From Podarcis filfolensis (Eukaryota), in the NCBI GenBank assembly GCA_964270895.1, contig OZ185436.1: a stretch of DNA of 64,000 nucleotides; one strand, 5' to 3'. Below the pieces are notes generated by a model, which made no database searches, was not told the origin of the DNA, and saw nothing but the letters and a program-made list of their open reading frames with translations. The position numbers were made by a program, and so were the translations under genes. Positions within the stretch are counted from its first letter, which is position 1, and every line of letters begins with the position of its first letter. Shown in pieces: positions 39,684 to 52,334 of the stretch.

Positions 39684-41616
39684 TTTCAGATAATCTTATC
39701 TAAGTCAAGAAAGCATATTAAACTTCAGAATTAGAGATAGTCATAACTCAAGGCTGGAATTGGTCCATTTCTTCAGCTGCAAGAGAACCTATGTACATTT
39801 GAACTTTAATTTGTCTCTATTTACCCCCACCAGCAGTCCCCCGCTTTCCTTGCATGCTGTATTATCAATTTGTTTGGAGAGCAATGGGCTCATTCGTAAA
39901 CTGAGTTGTAGTTTGACATGAAAGTTATACATTCATTGCTACAGTTCTGAAGGCTGTTGTTATAGGGTTGGCATACCTAGAAAATGTGGGTTTCAGGTAT
40001 ATTGGATCTGAATTATGAACATATGAACTTTGTATCCATAGCATTTGCTTGCAGGTTTGACAAGAAAACCAGACACAAAAAACAGTAAAGCAATTTATTA
40101 CTCATTGAAGCTCTTCACATAATTGTGAACGCAGCCCTTGAATCTATAAGTGCTGTTCTTATCATCACTCTTTCCTTTGGGCTATTGCAGTGTTATTTAA
40201 GACAGAAACTGCTATCTCTGCTCACCTGCTCACCACTCAATACTGAGAAGACTCTCCATGATAAACAAGTCTCAAATCTGCCAGGATTCCCCCACCACGA
40301 CATGGATGGTTTTATTGGTTTAGTGGGCTAAACTCTTTTGCAAAACTCAATTTTGGTGATTTCAGTTTAATCCAGTATTTGGTGAGGTTTATTAGGTTTA
40401 TTGTATCAATAAGGCCCAATTGTAAACTAAATAATAACAACAATTTGTTACTTATACCATGCCCGTGTGACTGGTTGCCCTAGCCACTCTGTGTGGCAAA
40501 AGAGAATGTCTTCTCTTTTCGTGCTGAGGCATACAGTAAATAATATTTTATGATTGATAGCAACTTCATTCCATGCATACCTTTTAGTTTCAGCTGCCAA
40601 AAGTGGAACCTTTTTCTTTTAAAAAAAGCAATTTTCTTTTTATTGCATCTTCAGTCTTAAGTTATGACTGCAATCTTTTTCAGCACTCTGAATAGGTAAG
40701 AGCAAAATTCAGATGGGGGGGGGACAGAATTCCATGAATTTTCAGACACAAAAATATTTCTGATTCATGAAGCCTTTGCAAGTTTCCTTTATATTTCTTC
40801 CTGATACTATGGACAGAAAGGTTAAGCATATGTAGTTTCTAACTGAAAAAACTAATTGTTATGTCTATTAGACAGTATCCATAAGAGCATCATAAATAGT
40901 TTCTTGTTGTCTTTGTACTCGACTACACAACCAAATTAGCCAGTAGAAAGTATTAATAGATGGGCTTAGTCTACTGTGCAAGCCTAGCATTTTTTTCACA
41001 GTTACAGTTCAGGAAGACCCATTTCCTTGTGCCTATTTTGGTCTACTTGAAACTAGCACCGTTCTAATCACTCATCTTGGTTTGTGATCAACAACCCCCT
41101 TCCCCCCCAAATCTTTACATCTGCCTTTTGTAAAAGCTGCTTTCTTAGTCTGCAACAAATTTGGGAATCATTTACCCACCAAAGAAGATCAATGAGTAAG
41201 CTGCCCTACTCAAATTTGAATCATATGACTTGCATGCTCCTGGAAATGCCTGCAGCCACTTCTTTAACAAGGAAGTCATAATTAGTCAACATGGATCTGG
41301 TATCTGACTCTTTTCATGCCTATCTTTAAAGTACTAATTAAGGAAATATTTGTGGACTGTTGTCTGAACTCCTCCTCTCCTTGATTCTTGAAATAACTTG
41401 GATCTGTTCCATATTTTCCTCACCTCCCAGCAATGTTCTTCCTTCAGATCTGTTGCCTTTTTGACACTATTTATCTTTTAAATTAAACTAGGGCAGTTAG
41501 CCCAAGAAGTACACTTGATAGTGATTTTGTTTCAGTAGCACCTATATTAGTACCTCATCACTCTGAGACACAAAGGTATTTCAAATCTGGCCAGTTGTTT
41601 GGCTTTAAGGGCTTTT

Positions 41617-42121
41617 TGTGCACCCGGGCTCAGTAAACCCGAGGGATGTGATAGGTAGAAATGAAGACAAGATAGCATTTTGGTATCAAAATGGCCACAA
41701 TTTTATTAATTGCAGATGCAAGTGGGCTTTGACATAGGCACTGGATATGGATTCTGAATCAACTTGCCCGTCTGCTGGTTGATTAAGCCTTCAGAGTCAA
41801 TCCTGGATTTAAGGATCACCCTATGACCTGAATCAAATCTGGGCAAATCTTCCAGGAGGCCATTTGGGAAGTTCTGTGGCATTCAGGCAGAAACCTTTCC
41901 CTGGACCCCTTTCCCTGGGTACCTTGATACTTTCCCACCAACAAGTTGTGACAGTTGCTGTGAGGTAGGTGAAACCTCCAGACACCCCTCATTTTGTCTG
42001 CAGGCGATTTCCTCCCTGGTCTAGAATATGGTGACCAAAACGCTTCATAGCAAGGTATTAGGCACACCCTGCCCACTCATCCCGGCAGGACCAAAATTAT
42101 AGGGTGGGGCATCTGATACCA
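41617..42121 (-). mobile_element. Probable solo LTR (~500 bp)
   Basis: The minus strand has AATAAAATTGTGGCCATTTTG...TGTCTTCATTTC and ends GGGTGCACA. It is GC-richer than its flanks. No TSD resolved. Confidence 0.5.
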
Positions 42122-45100
42122 CCTGCGCTGACTGAGAACTTTCATGCTGGCTTGGAAAAGCTTTCATGCTGCAGCTCAGCAAAGCAAGTTCTGATGAATA
42201 ATTAGGAAATCTGTACAGCATATTATCAGGAAATTTGAACCGTGATGTGCTTTAAATATCATATCATATCATCTCGTAAGTAATTAACATAAGATTCTGA
42301 AAAGCGTGATGTGGAGTTTCTGCCTATGGCTCTCTACTTCTTCAGACAACAGCACTGTTAGATTCTGACTGACATTTTTCTGAATCAGAACAAGTTTTTC
42401 TTCTCTTTGACAATTCTTAATAGGTTCTTAAAATACTGAATATTATGTTGTTATTTATTTTATAATTACAGCATGGCTTTATTAGTTCATTTTCTTTTGA
42501 TTATGGACAAAATAAAAGTTTTGTCTTAAAATCTGTCATCTGTAGTAGCTGAATAATGACAATGTCGTGTGGTGGCACACCCAAAAAATCTGAAAACCCC
42601 CCAGCAACTATATCACTATAAAAGGTAAGTGCAGAAAGGCCCTGAGTTCAACAGAAAGAAGTCATTCTGGAGTTAAATAGAAGAAGTGAAGACACCTTAC
42701 CTATTCCTCATCTATATAGTCCTTGGCTTTCTTTTGTTGTGGTCTGTTTGACATTTCCATCCTGGAAAGTAATTTAGTTTCTGGACAAAGGTAGTCAGTA
42801 TTTGGTTTGTTCACAAGGATAATCCTGTCATTTATGTAACTCAAAGCTTTATGGAACATCAATATTAGGCTTGCATTCTACAATAATATATTTTAGAAGA
42901 TTCTTACACTTTGATTTTGAGTTATTTTAAAAATGTTGGTTAGAAAAACAATAATTTTCCACGCAAGGCTTATAAATTCAAGTGAGCTTCAAAATGGGTT
43001 GAATACTATGCTCAAGGGATCAAACCATTCTTTCTACAAACAACTTTTATCTTGGTCCTTTATGCATACAAAATACAATGGTGAAAGACAAGTAGCTTGA
43101 CAATGACAGATTGCCTATAGTATTGGTTCATCCTGTTTGGCTTAGCTGGACTTTGAGCAGAGCTATGTTCCACACAAACAAAACCTTTGTATTCACATGC
43201 AATTGGATTCACTCTCCAGTATTTCTGATCCTTTGTGTTGTTAATTTTTTTGTTGAGCATCCACTAGGTTGAAGCAGTTAAACTTATATTGCATCTCTAC
43301 AAAATGCAAAATGGCTGTCCACACAGGGAAGGGTTTGGTTCTGAAGTTTTAAATTTAAACAGAGATACTGAGATTTAAAATGTTTTATGAAAAGTGCTTG
43401 CAATATACAGTTAAGTGCAAGATTCAAGTGCTTTCATGATTGCCATACACAATGATGAAAAAATAAATAAATTATGCATTCTTATCTGGATTCATATGAA
43501 CCTAAAGCAGAATACAACCATTTTAAATTATAGTCTTCAGTGTCTATCTGGTTACTTTGCGTGAATGATTTGATGATCACATAGGGGCAGAGGCGCTATC
43601 TTCTAAAAAACATTGAGGAGGGGCCAACATGACGTCCTGACACACACAATGTTATGCTATGTCCTGATGTCACTCCGCACCCAGCTCTGTGTTTCCCTAA
43701 ACAATGGGGGCCCACAGCCCTCTTTAAAAAAAACAAAACATTGAGCCTTGGCCCCCAGGAATTGGCGCGCATGCATAGGGGACAGAATTTGAAGTGCAAA
43801 TTTGTCAGGTGTATATGGGTCAGTTGATTGGATATTTCTTGAAGTATAAAGAGCTAGTACTACTTTCATAACAGGTCAAATTACATGTGACACACAGTTG
43901 CATGTAATGCTTCTGTTTTGATTTATTTATTTCAACAATTTGTATGCCACTTAGCACATGTGGCAGTCGGCGATCTGGAATAAAGACGGGCAGATGAAGA
44001 AGTGTTTCGGCCTTTCATCTTGTGTTATTTTTCTGCTCACCCCACAAACCTCTTTTCTTTCTGCAAGGAAAATATACAAGGGTGTGTATGTTTTTTCTCA
44101 GTGGCTCAATGGGCGTTGTGGTCCTGATGAAAATCTTCCCAACCCTGAAATTGCTATCAGGTTCTGAATGGAAGGGTCCATTGATGCTGCCCTCTAAAGG
44201 TGGTTTGAGGTTTTCAGGACAGTTTTCATGGGGGCCATGATTTGAGAGGAAAGGGTTAACCACTTCTCCATGTGCCACAGTCTCAATCCCAGCTGCTATT
44301 TAAGTTTATAAAAGAAGACAATTTACTTGAAATCATGCAGTTAATATCATACCTACTTTGGTCCTCAGTGCCATGATTAGAATGGAAGAAGGTTTTAAAC
44401 ATTCAACTCACTTTTTTCCAACACATTTAACACTGTCAGTCGCTGAAAGGTCTCCCAGCATATTTCACTTTCTCTTGCCTATTTAAAAGCCTGCACTTTT
44501 AATCATGAGGGAACTGAAGGATGCATGTGTGGAAAGGGGGGAGGAGTGGAAACATGCATTTTGCTTTTACACATCACATCATCCCCACTGGTGCTAATGC
44601 AATTTAGCTCAACATGGCAGTATCTCGACAAATAAAGCCACAGTTTCATACTGCAACAGGTACTGTTGTGTAAAAGTAACATTGGAAACTGGAACAGAAG
44701 TGCTAGCACTATAACCACAAAAGCTAGCACAATGCACCCCACACCTGAATGCTACCTGAAGCTCATATTGGTCAACTCTGTCACATATATCTAGAATTTT
44801 GAACTGCCATCTGTGAAGTTATTATGTATTAGGCTCTTACGCAAATTATGCTGCATGGATTAAATATTTTAATTGTAGATAATGTTCCTTTGTGTATTTC
44901 CTTAAAGGCACATGTGCAACCATTGTGGATTAATAGCATGTTTGAACATAACTTTTTTTTCCTTTTTGGGGTGAAAGAAAGAAGTTGTTTCAAATAGGAT
45001 CTCTCATCACTGTCTCTCTGACATTACCTCCTACTGAACTTAAAGTTGAATACTTGGGGTCAGAAGGGAAAGAAAACAACAATTATAGAGACAAGTTGAT

Positions 45101-45985
45101 TGAGCGGTTTCTTTTCCATTCAGTTATGATTGGAACATGAAGAGTGGGGTGTATATTGTTAGTTCAAACATTTTCAATTACAGTGTTTTAATTGCATTTT
45201 TGTGTCCTTACACAAAATGCATTCCATAATAATGGATGTAAGAATTACAGTACCGGTTGCTCTTGCTTTTTCGTATTTGTTAACATATGAAATCGTAATT
45301 TTATATCAGTCACTTCATTTATCTACTTTTCTAACAGTTATGGACAGTTCCTATTAATAAAGCTGAGAATATTGTTCTCTGACTAATGTAGGTGAGGGAG
45401 TGAAACAGAAGTGTTTACATTATTCCCTTTTAAATAGACTGTGATGTGGCAAGGCAATTTAAAAAAAAAAAGATTTCTAGGAGACTTCTTAAAATGGTTA
45501 ATCTCTTAAACAGCAATCAAAAGAGAGCATTTGCTAGTGTTTAATTCTTAACAGGATTTTTTTTTTAGTGTAGCTAAAACCATTTGTGTGTGTGTGTTTT
45601 CTTCATTCTACTCCTACAAATTAAAATATACTCTTTTTGACATTGTTTAGACTGTGGATCTCTTGAACACACATGTATGTGCTTGTTCTTACACAGAAGC
45701 ACACTTCTTCACATACCGTATTTCTTATATGTGTACTAAATGAATTTAGAATGTATGCATATGTGCATTCGCATTCTCTTTCGGTATGAAATTAGTGCCT
45801 GAGGGGCAGCCATGTTGGTTTTTGGACCCATTGATCAGTGACACCTTGCGCTTCTCCAAGTCACTCTCCCAAGCACCCTTGTCCTGATGATCACCTTCAT
45901 CTGACCATCTGTAGCAGATTTGAAGCACCCAGTCTACATCAGCCCAGCCATTCCCTTCAACCCTGTTCCACTTGAGGGTCTAACA

Positions 45986-46121
45986 CAGGCATAGGCAAAC
46001 TCGGCCCTCCAGATGTTTTGGGACTACAACTCCCATCATCCCTAGCTTACAGGACCAGTGGTCAGGGATGATGGGAGTTGTAGTCCCAAAACATCTGGAG
46101 GGCCGAGTTTGCCTATGCCTG
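45986..46121. mobile_element. hAT-type palindromic MITE (136 bp)
   Basis: Perfect 58-bp inverted arms (CAGGCATAGGCAAACTCGGCCC...CATCATCCCT) around a 20-nt spacer. 8-bp TSD GTCTAACA / TTCTAACA (7/8). Confidence 0.93.
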
Positions 46122-46522
46122 TTCTAACACACACAGAAGGTGATGCCTTTTTGATTATCCCAGAGCAGGAAGCCCCTACCTGCCCAAATGGTGCTTGCTT
46201 CGGTTTGATTGAAGTTTTCCTTCCTCTTCTATGACGGGGAATTGAGATAGATAGAGTTCCTTTATGCCCTTTTGCCCCACTGAAGAGTTCTGTTTCACTG
46301 CTGCTATCCCAGGATAATAAACATCATTTGAAGGATACTTTTGCTACATGGAATGTTTAATATATATGTCTTCCAGAGCGGCCATCTCCTGTATAATGCT
46401 TCTGCCCAATTTTCTGCTTAATAATTTACAATGCTAAAGAGATTTCATCACTGTGTGTTGAATATTAATTTTCTTTTAAGGGGTTTTCTCCTTTGCCTCC
46501 TATTTCAGTGTTCAAAGGAGCA

Positions 46523-46983
46523 TGTAGGCTCCTTCTACTGAGAGTTGATAGGCTCAGAAAATGTGAGAATTTCGTTATTTTCCCTCAAGTGGAGTTGATT
46601 TATTTGTGAGCAGAATTAAGAGGAGAGGAGGCCAATGAGAAGGACTGGGAGTGTATTCGTTTTGAATTCAGGCGGAAGGTTAAATCCGAGAGAAGTTACC
46701 CTTTCCACTGGTGGAAGGGTAATAAGCCCCACAATATTTATTTTACTTTAAAGGGGTGAAGCCAATAGGGAGAAGGGATGTGGTTTGAGGAAGAAAGGGA
46801 GGGGACAAAGAGCCCACTGATACTTGTGCACAAAGGCCCCCAGAGACCTGCACAGGACTCCACCACTAATCACTATTAAAGAAACAAACTGAGTGGTCCA
46901 GGCAATATGGGTTTGCTGGGTAGCCTGTGTATATTTCTATGTAAACTAACCACTTTGCTGTTCTGTAACGAGAATCTGTGACA
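46523..46983 (+). mobile_element. Possible degraded solo LTR
   Basis: TGT...TGTGACA ends, a purine-rich body and an ATTAAA-like signal. No TSD. Confidence 0.3.
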
Positions 46984-47800
46984 TTGTCATATTTTCCCCT
47001 CATAGTCCCATCAATATTTTTCTCTTACATTTTGTGCCCACTTAATTATGAAATATTTCACATGTTCAGATTTTCTAGAATGTATCAAAAGCAGAGTATA
47101 TATTTATGATAAAAATAAGTGCATTCTTTATTATTAGTTTTACAAAATATAGGCACTAATTTTGTTATTGAGAGGAGACATTAAAAATGTGCAAAACTGG
47201 TCCTGTAGGGATCTAGGGCTATGCTGTACGGTGGTTTCAATAATGTTCTATTAACTTTTCCACAAGAACAGATATGTTAGCCCAATGTTTGGGGTCCATT
47301 CTGGAGACATAATCTCATACAAGCTTGGTATTGTAAGAAGCATTCTTCTGACATGTAGTTATATCCACTTTAAAATATATAGCCCAGGACTAGCAGGACC
47401 TGATAGTGGTAGCTAACTGGATGAGGAGACATAAACTGCTTTTGAACTGACACTATAATATCATGGTAGTTTTCAGCCTTTTTAGTCCTGAGGCTCATCT
47501 TTAACTTGAACATGATTTTAGATACCCATTTCTTATTTTTTTCTTTTTAACCATCTATTTGTATGGCGGTAGTACTGCTGTCGTGACCCACCTTAGATCA
47601 GGCTGTGACTTGGTTTTGGGTCCTGACAGACCAGTCTGAAGACCAATATGATCACCTGCCATGGGTGGGTTTAGTCATTTCTGTATGATGAAGTCCCCAG
47701 TTTCAGTGTTATCCTGATCCCACAACTGCTCTAAATATCTTGTTTCAATTTGTTTCTATCAGTTTCATCCAAGCCACTGTGGAATGTCATGGAGCAAGGC

Positions 47801-47831
<31 letters not shown>
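47801..47831. repeat. (TAA)10 microsatellite
   Basis: Read directly from the sequence. Confidence 0.97.
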
Positions 47832-48421
47832 TTGCCTGAATGCTGTACATATGACAGTGTAATTTAATTTTAGCTTTTATATAGAGAAGACGTATGGTAC
47901 CATCATATGCTAAAATGTTGTATCATCAGGTGTTAAATTTATTAGGTTCCATCATGTTTAGATATTTGAGTTGTTGATTGGTCAGATTGAACAAAAAAAG
48001 CTTGACACGTGAAATTTTGGAACTCTTTTAGACACCCCAATATCCTTTACTGTCTTCACATTCCAAGTAATGAACTGAAATGAACCTTTCTGCAATTTAA
48101 TTGTTGCAGCCTTTGCAGTGTGCAGTTTTAAACACACTATGAAAATTAGCAATATTTGGACTCTTTGAGTTCCTTAGATTTATGTTGCAGTCATTGAAGT
48201 CTGGGCTATTGCCTGAATCAAACAGGTTCAAAATTGATCATAAGCAGTACATAGAATTGAACCTAGAAAATTTGGGCTGGTACATTGTATGCAGAATAAG
48301 ACATGCATTCATGATGCCTAATATATTCATGTTGCCTCTTTTGCTTTAGAGGCACTAAAATATTCAATTAAAAAAACATATGTTTTCCAAGCGTTTTCAT
48401 TTTTTTTTTTAATCTTATCAG

Positions 48422-48569
48422 ACAGGAAGCACTCCTTGCTGCCATCAGTGAAAAAGATGCAAATATTGCCTTGCTTGAACTGTCTGCTTCAAAGAAAAAG
48501 AAAACTCAAGAAGAAGTGATGGCTTTGAAAAGAGAAAAAGACAGATTAGTCCATCAGTTAAAACAACAG
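48422..48569 (+). CDS. ERC2: Internal coding exon (148 nt, phase 2 to phase 0) of ELKS/RAB6-interacting/CAST family member 2, C-terminal coiled-coil region
   Basis: A T-rich tract and ...ttatcAG acceptor (AG 48420-48421) precede the exon; the GT donor is at 48570-48571. After 1 nt the frame is open: QEALLAAISEKDANIALLELSASKKKKTQEEVMALKREKDRLVHQLKQQ. This matches recalled vertebrate ERC2 (SASKKKK, EVMAL, LVHQL) rather than ERC1 (SSSKKK, EVAAL, LVQQL). It is absent from the ORF track because it has no upstream ATG. Confidence 0.96.
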
Positions 48570-49327
48570 GTTGGAAAACACTTTTTTTCCTTATCATTCT
48601 TTATGGGGATTTGCAATTATTTTCCCTGCTTTCTTCTAACATGAAACTAAGTCTTTAAACCAAGCCTGCCTGTGACAGCTGGAAAGAAAGGTAGGATAAG
48701 GATACATATTGCCTTACTACTATTTTATTGGTGTTTAGTCTTCAGTTGCATGTCGGTTCAGCTTGTTCAATATGTTCTTCGGTCATGTCCTGTTTCCCTT
48801 TTTCCATCGAGGCTGCCACGTAAATGATTACACAACAGCAGAAAGCATCATACTGAGATATGTTCCTTCTCTTGAATCCTACTAACCCTTTATGTTTAGT
48901 TCCCATTTTGTATACTGTATTCAGTGCTTCTTTTGGGATGGTACTTACCGCTATGGAGTATCATCACCTCTTCTTCTCTTTGCTGCACATGGCAGCCATT
49001 TTGTGCTGGCGCCCATGCCACTTTTATCATGACATGAGTGCTAGAATCTCATTTTTTAAAAATAAAATAAAATAGTAAAACCCAGATCTACTGTACCTGC
49101 CTATTCAGATGCTGTGTTATAGCTGCTTGTTAGCTTTCTGCAAGGTTATCTGGAAGTTACAAATGGATCTCAGCAGAAACTGAACTATAATTTGCTTCTG
49201 TTCTGAAGTGCAAATTGTAGGAATGCTAGGTTGTATGTTCTAAATATATGTTTTATCTGAAAATAATTATTAAATTGCATTCCTTTTTACTGATAAGGAA
49301 AAATTGCCATAGAATACATCCTATAAT

Positions 49328-49515
49328 GCAGTGTGGGGTCGTGGTTGGAACATATTATTTGGATCAAATTCAAATCACCACTCAGGCAAGGAGCTCACTG
49401 GGTTACCTTGCGCCAGCCACCATCTCTCAAACTTAGCTATCTTTCATGGTTGGTGGGGCGATAAAATAGATAGGTGTGCCTTCCTGAATGCCTTGATATA
49501 AAGGTGGAATAATAA
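49328..49515 (+). mobile_element. Old MIR-like (CORE) tRNA-derived SINE
   Basis: CAGTGTGGGGTCGTGGTT...TTCAAATCACCACTCAG...GCTCACTGGGTTACCTTG...GATAAAAT...AAGGTGG. Confidence 0.6.
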
Positions 49516-50537
49516 AAAAAATGGAATGAATGAATGAATGCATGATTAAATATGCATATACAACAACCAACAGACTATGATAAACTATTTTAGCTGGGGC
49601 ACTCTTTTTATGTCACTATTAAGTTTCTAATGGTTCGGTCCATGCATTAAGGAAAGAGAAGCATAATCAGATAACCTAGATGCTAAAGCTGTGTTGTGTG
49701 TAGTAGGAATGTATTGTCAAACCTTTTTCTCCTGTAGAAACCCTGGGGAAAGTAGATGAGAAAAAGAGATGCTTTAGAATGAGCCTTTATTGGATATTTC
49801 CCACTGTGTGACAGTATCAGCCTTGATTTTTGTTACTCTTACTTGCAAAGTAGGAAAACATCCCTAGCCATGCCAGTCATACCAGTCTCACCCAACCCTT
49901 TGCAAGTAACCAGCTTGTCCTTCAGAATTCAGTCATTCATAGATGAGCATGCCATGTAAGCATTGTATTGGATCCCTCCAAACATATCAATGTTATGATT
50001 CTTCTCCTTGAATCATGCATTGTATGGTGTAGCTTTCTACCCCTTAAGCAACAGGATGCAAAACTGTTGCTTCTCCCCTTCCCTGATCTTCCTATAGTTC
50101 TGACCTCATGCGCCTAATCATTACAGCTTCTTCCCACAGGTCTATAGACATAGGAAACAGCCCCAGAGCATGAACATATCATCCATTTGTGATGCTGACT
50201 TCATCACAGACAATGGTGCCAAGTACCTGGGTTCCAGTCATGATGCCCATGTGCCTCAGGTCAGTCAGCTGGATAGGAGACATTGTACCCAAACCTTGTA
50301 AGCCCAGTAGGTCCATCAACACCTTTCTCTTACTTTTACAAATTGATTTCTGGATTCTCTGTAGCCACAGCTGAGTGGCATGGACTCGAACACTATTCTC
50401 TTTATTTTCTAGGTAATAGAGATATGTTCAGCTTACGTCAGATAACTTCCCTCTTTTCTCTTTCTGCACCTCTTGCTTGGGGGCAAATACAGGTGGATTT
50501 TAAAAGTCATTTTCCAACATTCTGCTATGCTATAGCA

Positions 50538-50673
50538 CAGGCATAAGCAACCTTGGCCCTCCAGCTGTTTTGGGACTACAGTTCCCATCATCCCTGACCA
50601 CTGGTCTTGTTAGCTAGGGATCATGGGAGTTGTAGTCCCAAAACATCTGGAGGGCCAAGTTTGCCTATGCCTG
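50538..50673. mobile_element. hAT-type palindromic MITE (136 bp), inverted relative to 45986-46121
   Basis: Same family. 8-bp TSD CTATAGCA / CTGTAGCA (7/8). The spacer GACCACTGGTCTTGTTAGCT is an 18/20 match to the reverse complement of the upstream copy's spacer. Confidence 0.92.
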
Positions 50674-50821
50674 CTGTAGCATGACCAATAATACAGCACA
50701 AGGATGTGGCTATCAACAGATAAAGGGATAAGGTTCACTTTAGGGTCACCAGGGGATTTGATCTGTCCCCAATATGTCTTAGAGTGTACTACTTTAGTTC
50801 CTCTTATTTGACCCTATAGGG

Positions 50822-51303
50822 CAGGGGTGGGGAACCACATCCAGCTGACAGGCCATGTCTCGTACTCCCAATAGACAACATTTGACTGGTGATGTCAGGT
50901 GATGTGGCACTTTGAAGCCCCAACTATCAGATGATTGTGCCCTTGCAAAGAGCCCTACACCATGCTTGGAAGCCCCATCTATTAGCTGGTCATCGTGACT
51001 TCAAAGCACTGCCTAGAGGTATTTGCAAAGGGCTTGCAGTTTGAAGTGCAAGCAATCAGCTGATTTTTGGTGCTTCATCAGCCCAGCTCAGTTGATCATT
51101 GGCATTTCAGAAGCCATGTATGCAGTACTTCTGAAACCTTGTTGATCAACTGATCGAAGGTGCTTCAGCAGCCCATTTTGCCCCACCCAAGCTACCTTTT
51201 AACTGTTCACACCTGACATCTTATATGATGGCAGGTGACTGGCAAGAGGGCATGGCATGGTCAAAATGGCCTGGTGGGCCTAATTAGGCCCATGGTCTGG
51301 AGT
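50822..51303. mobile_element. Degraded longer hAT-like non-autonomous element
   Basis: Starts CAGGGGTGGGGAACC, a hAT-like terminus. The far end (GGCCCATGGTCTGGAG) resembles a sub-terminus, but the TIR is missing. Confidence 0.45.
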
Positions 51304-52090
51304 GCTACTTTTGAAAACACGGTTGTGCTGAATGAAACAAATTGATCAATGCCCCTGGCATTGGGTTGCTTGGCCTTTGCTGAAACAAATTACAATTGCT
51401 TTTCACAGAAATAACATAAGGATCTTCACTTCATACAACATTTATTTGGAACGTATTAAGAGACACAAATAGTGACAACTATTAACATGTAAATAGGTTT
51501 CAGAACACTTTTATTGGTTTCAATTTTAATATGATTTTGTTCTATTTGAATGTATTGGATTATTTTTATGAATCATGTTTGTTGCTGATGCACCTCAAGA
51601 AATGTGACCGAGAGTCTGTAGCAAAAAAGAATCATGTATTTTCCTGTGATCTATATGTTCATTTCATTATACTTTCTAGTTATATGCTGGGCAAGAGAAA
51701 AGACAGACCATCATTTTTTGTAATAAGGGGAAGAGGCTCAAATCAAGCCATTTCTAAATATATAAATGCCTTACAAATCAGCAAGATTGGGATGTTTCCC
51801 AGTCAGTTCTTTGTAAAGCTTATAACAGCTGGGTTGTGTGTATTGTAAAGAGTTATATTGTGTGCCTTTTAAATTCATTAGTACATTTATATCCCACCTT
51901 GGGATATTTATATCATGGAACTCAAGCCAGTGTACAAGGGGTTGCCAAGCAGACCTCCCTATCTAGCCTATGACTGGATCAAAGCCTGCTTAATTAAAAT
52001 AATGTGGCCTAAACCCATGCTCTAGTCTGGTTGGATACTACTTTACAGAGATATCTCAATGGGTTTGGATAATATTGGTGAATCTCAATA

Positions 52091-52334
52091 CAGTGGAACC
52101 TTTGTTTTCGAACTTAATCTGTTCTGGAAGATCGTTCAGCTTCCAAAAAGTTCAAAAACCGAGGATCAATGGACTGGCTGCAAAGTCAATGGGGGGGGGG
52201 TATGAAAAATGCAGCTCGGAAACTGTTTGGCTTCCTAAAATTGTCTGAAAACCGGAGCAGTTACTTCCGGGTTTTTGGCGTTCAGGAGCCGAAACATTCC
52301 AAAACAGAGGCATCCAGGAATCGAGGTTTGACTG
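52091..52334. mobile_element. Tc1/mariner-type MITE of a second family (244 bp)
   Basis: Imperfect TIRs CAGTGGAACCT / AGGTTTGACTG, flanked by TA at 52089-52090 and 52335-52336. Confidence 0.75.

Noticed and set aside
40055-40088. Possible alternative terminal ERC2 exon (TTGCTTGCAG/GTTTGAC..., giving KFDKKTRHKKQ-stop in phase 2)
   Set aside because: Only an AG and a short frame, with no similarity to known ERC isoforms. Such sites are common by chance.
1-48421. Preceding ERC2 exon (IEELMNALEK...EEILEMK) and following exon (TQNRMKLMADNY...)
   Set aside because: Neither was found by eye upstream or downstream (48570-64000). They are presumed to lie outside the window, consistent with the long introns of ERC2.
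51885-52000. Possible 5S rRNA-derived SINE remnant (minus strand)
   Set aside because: Similarity (CCAAGCAGACCTCCC...GCCTGCTTA) is too degraded to support by eye.
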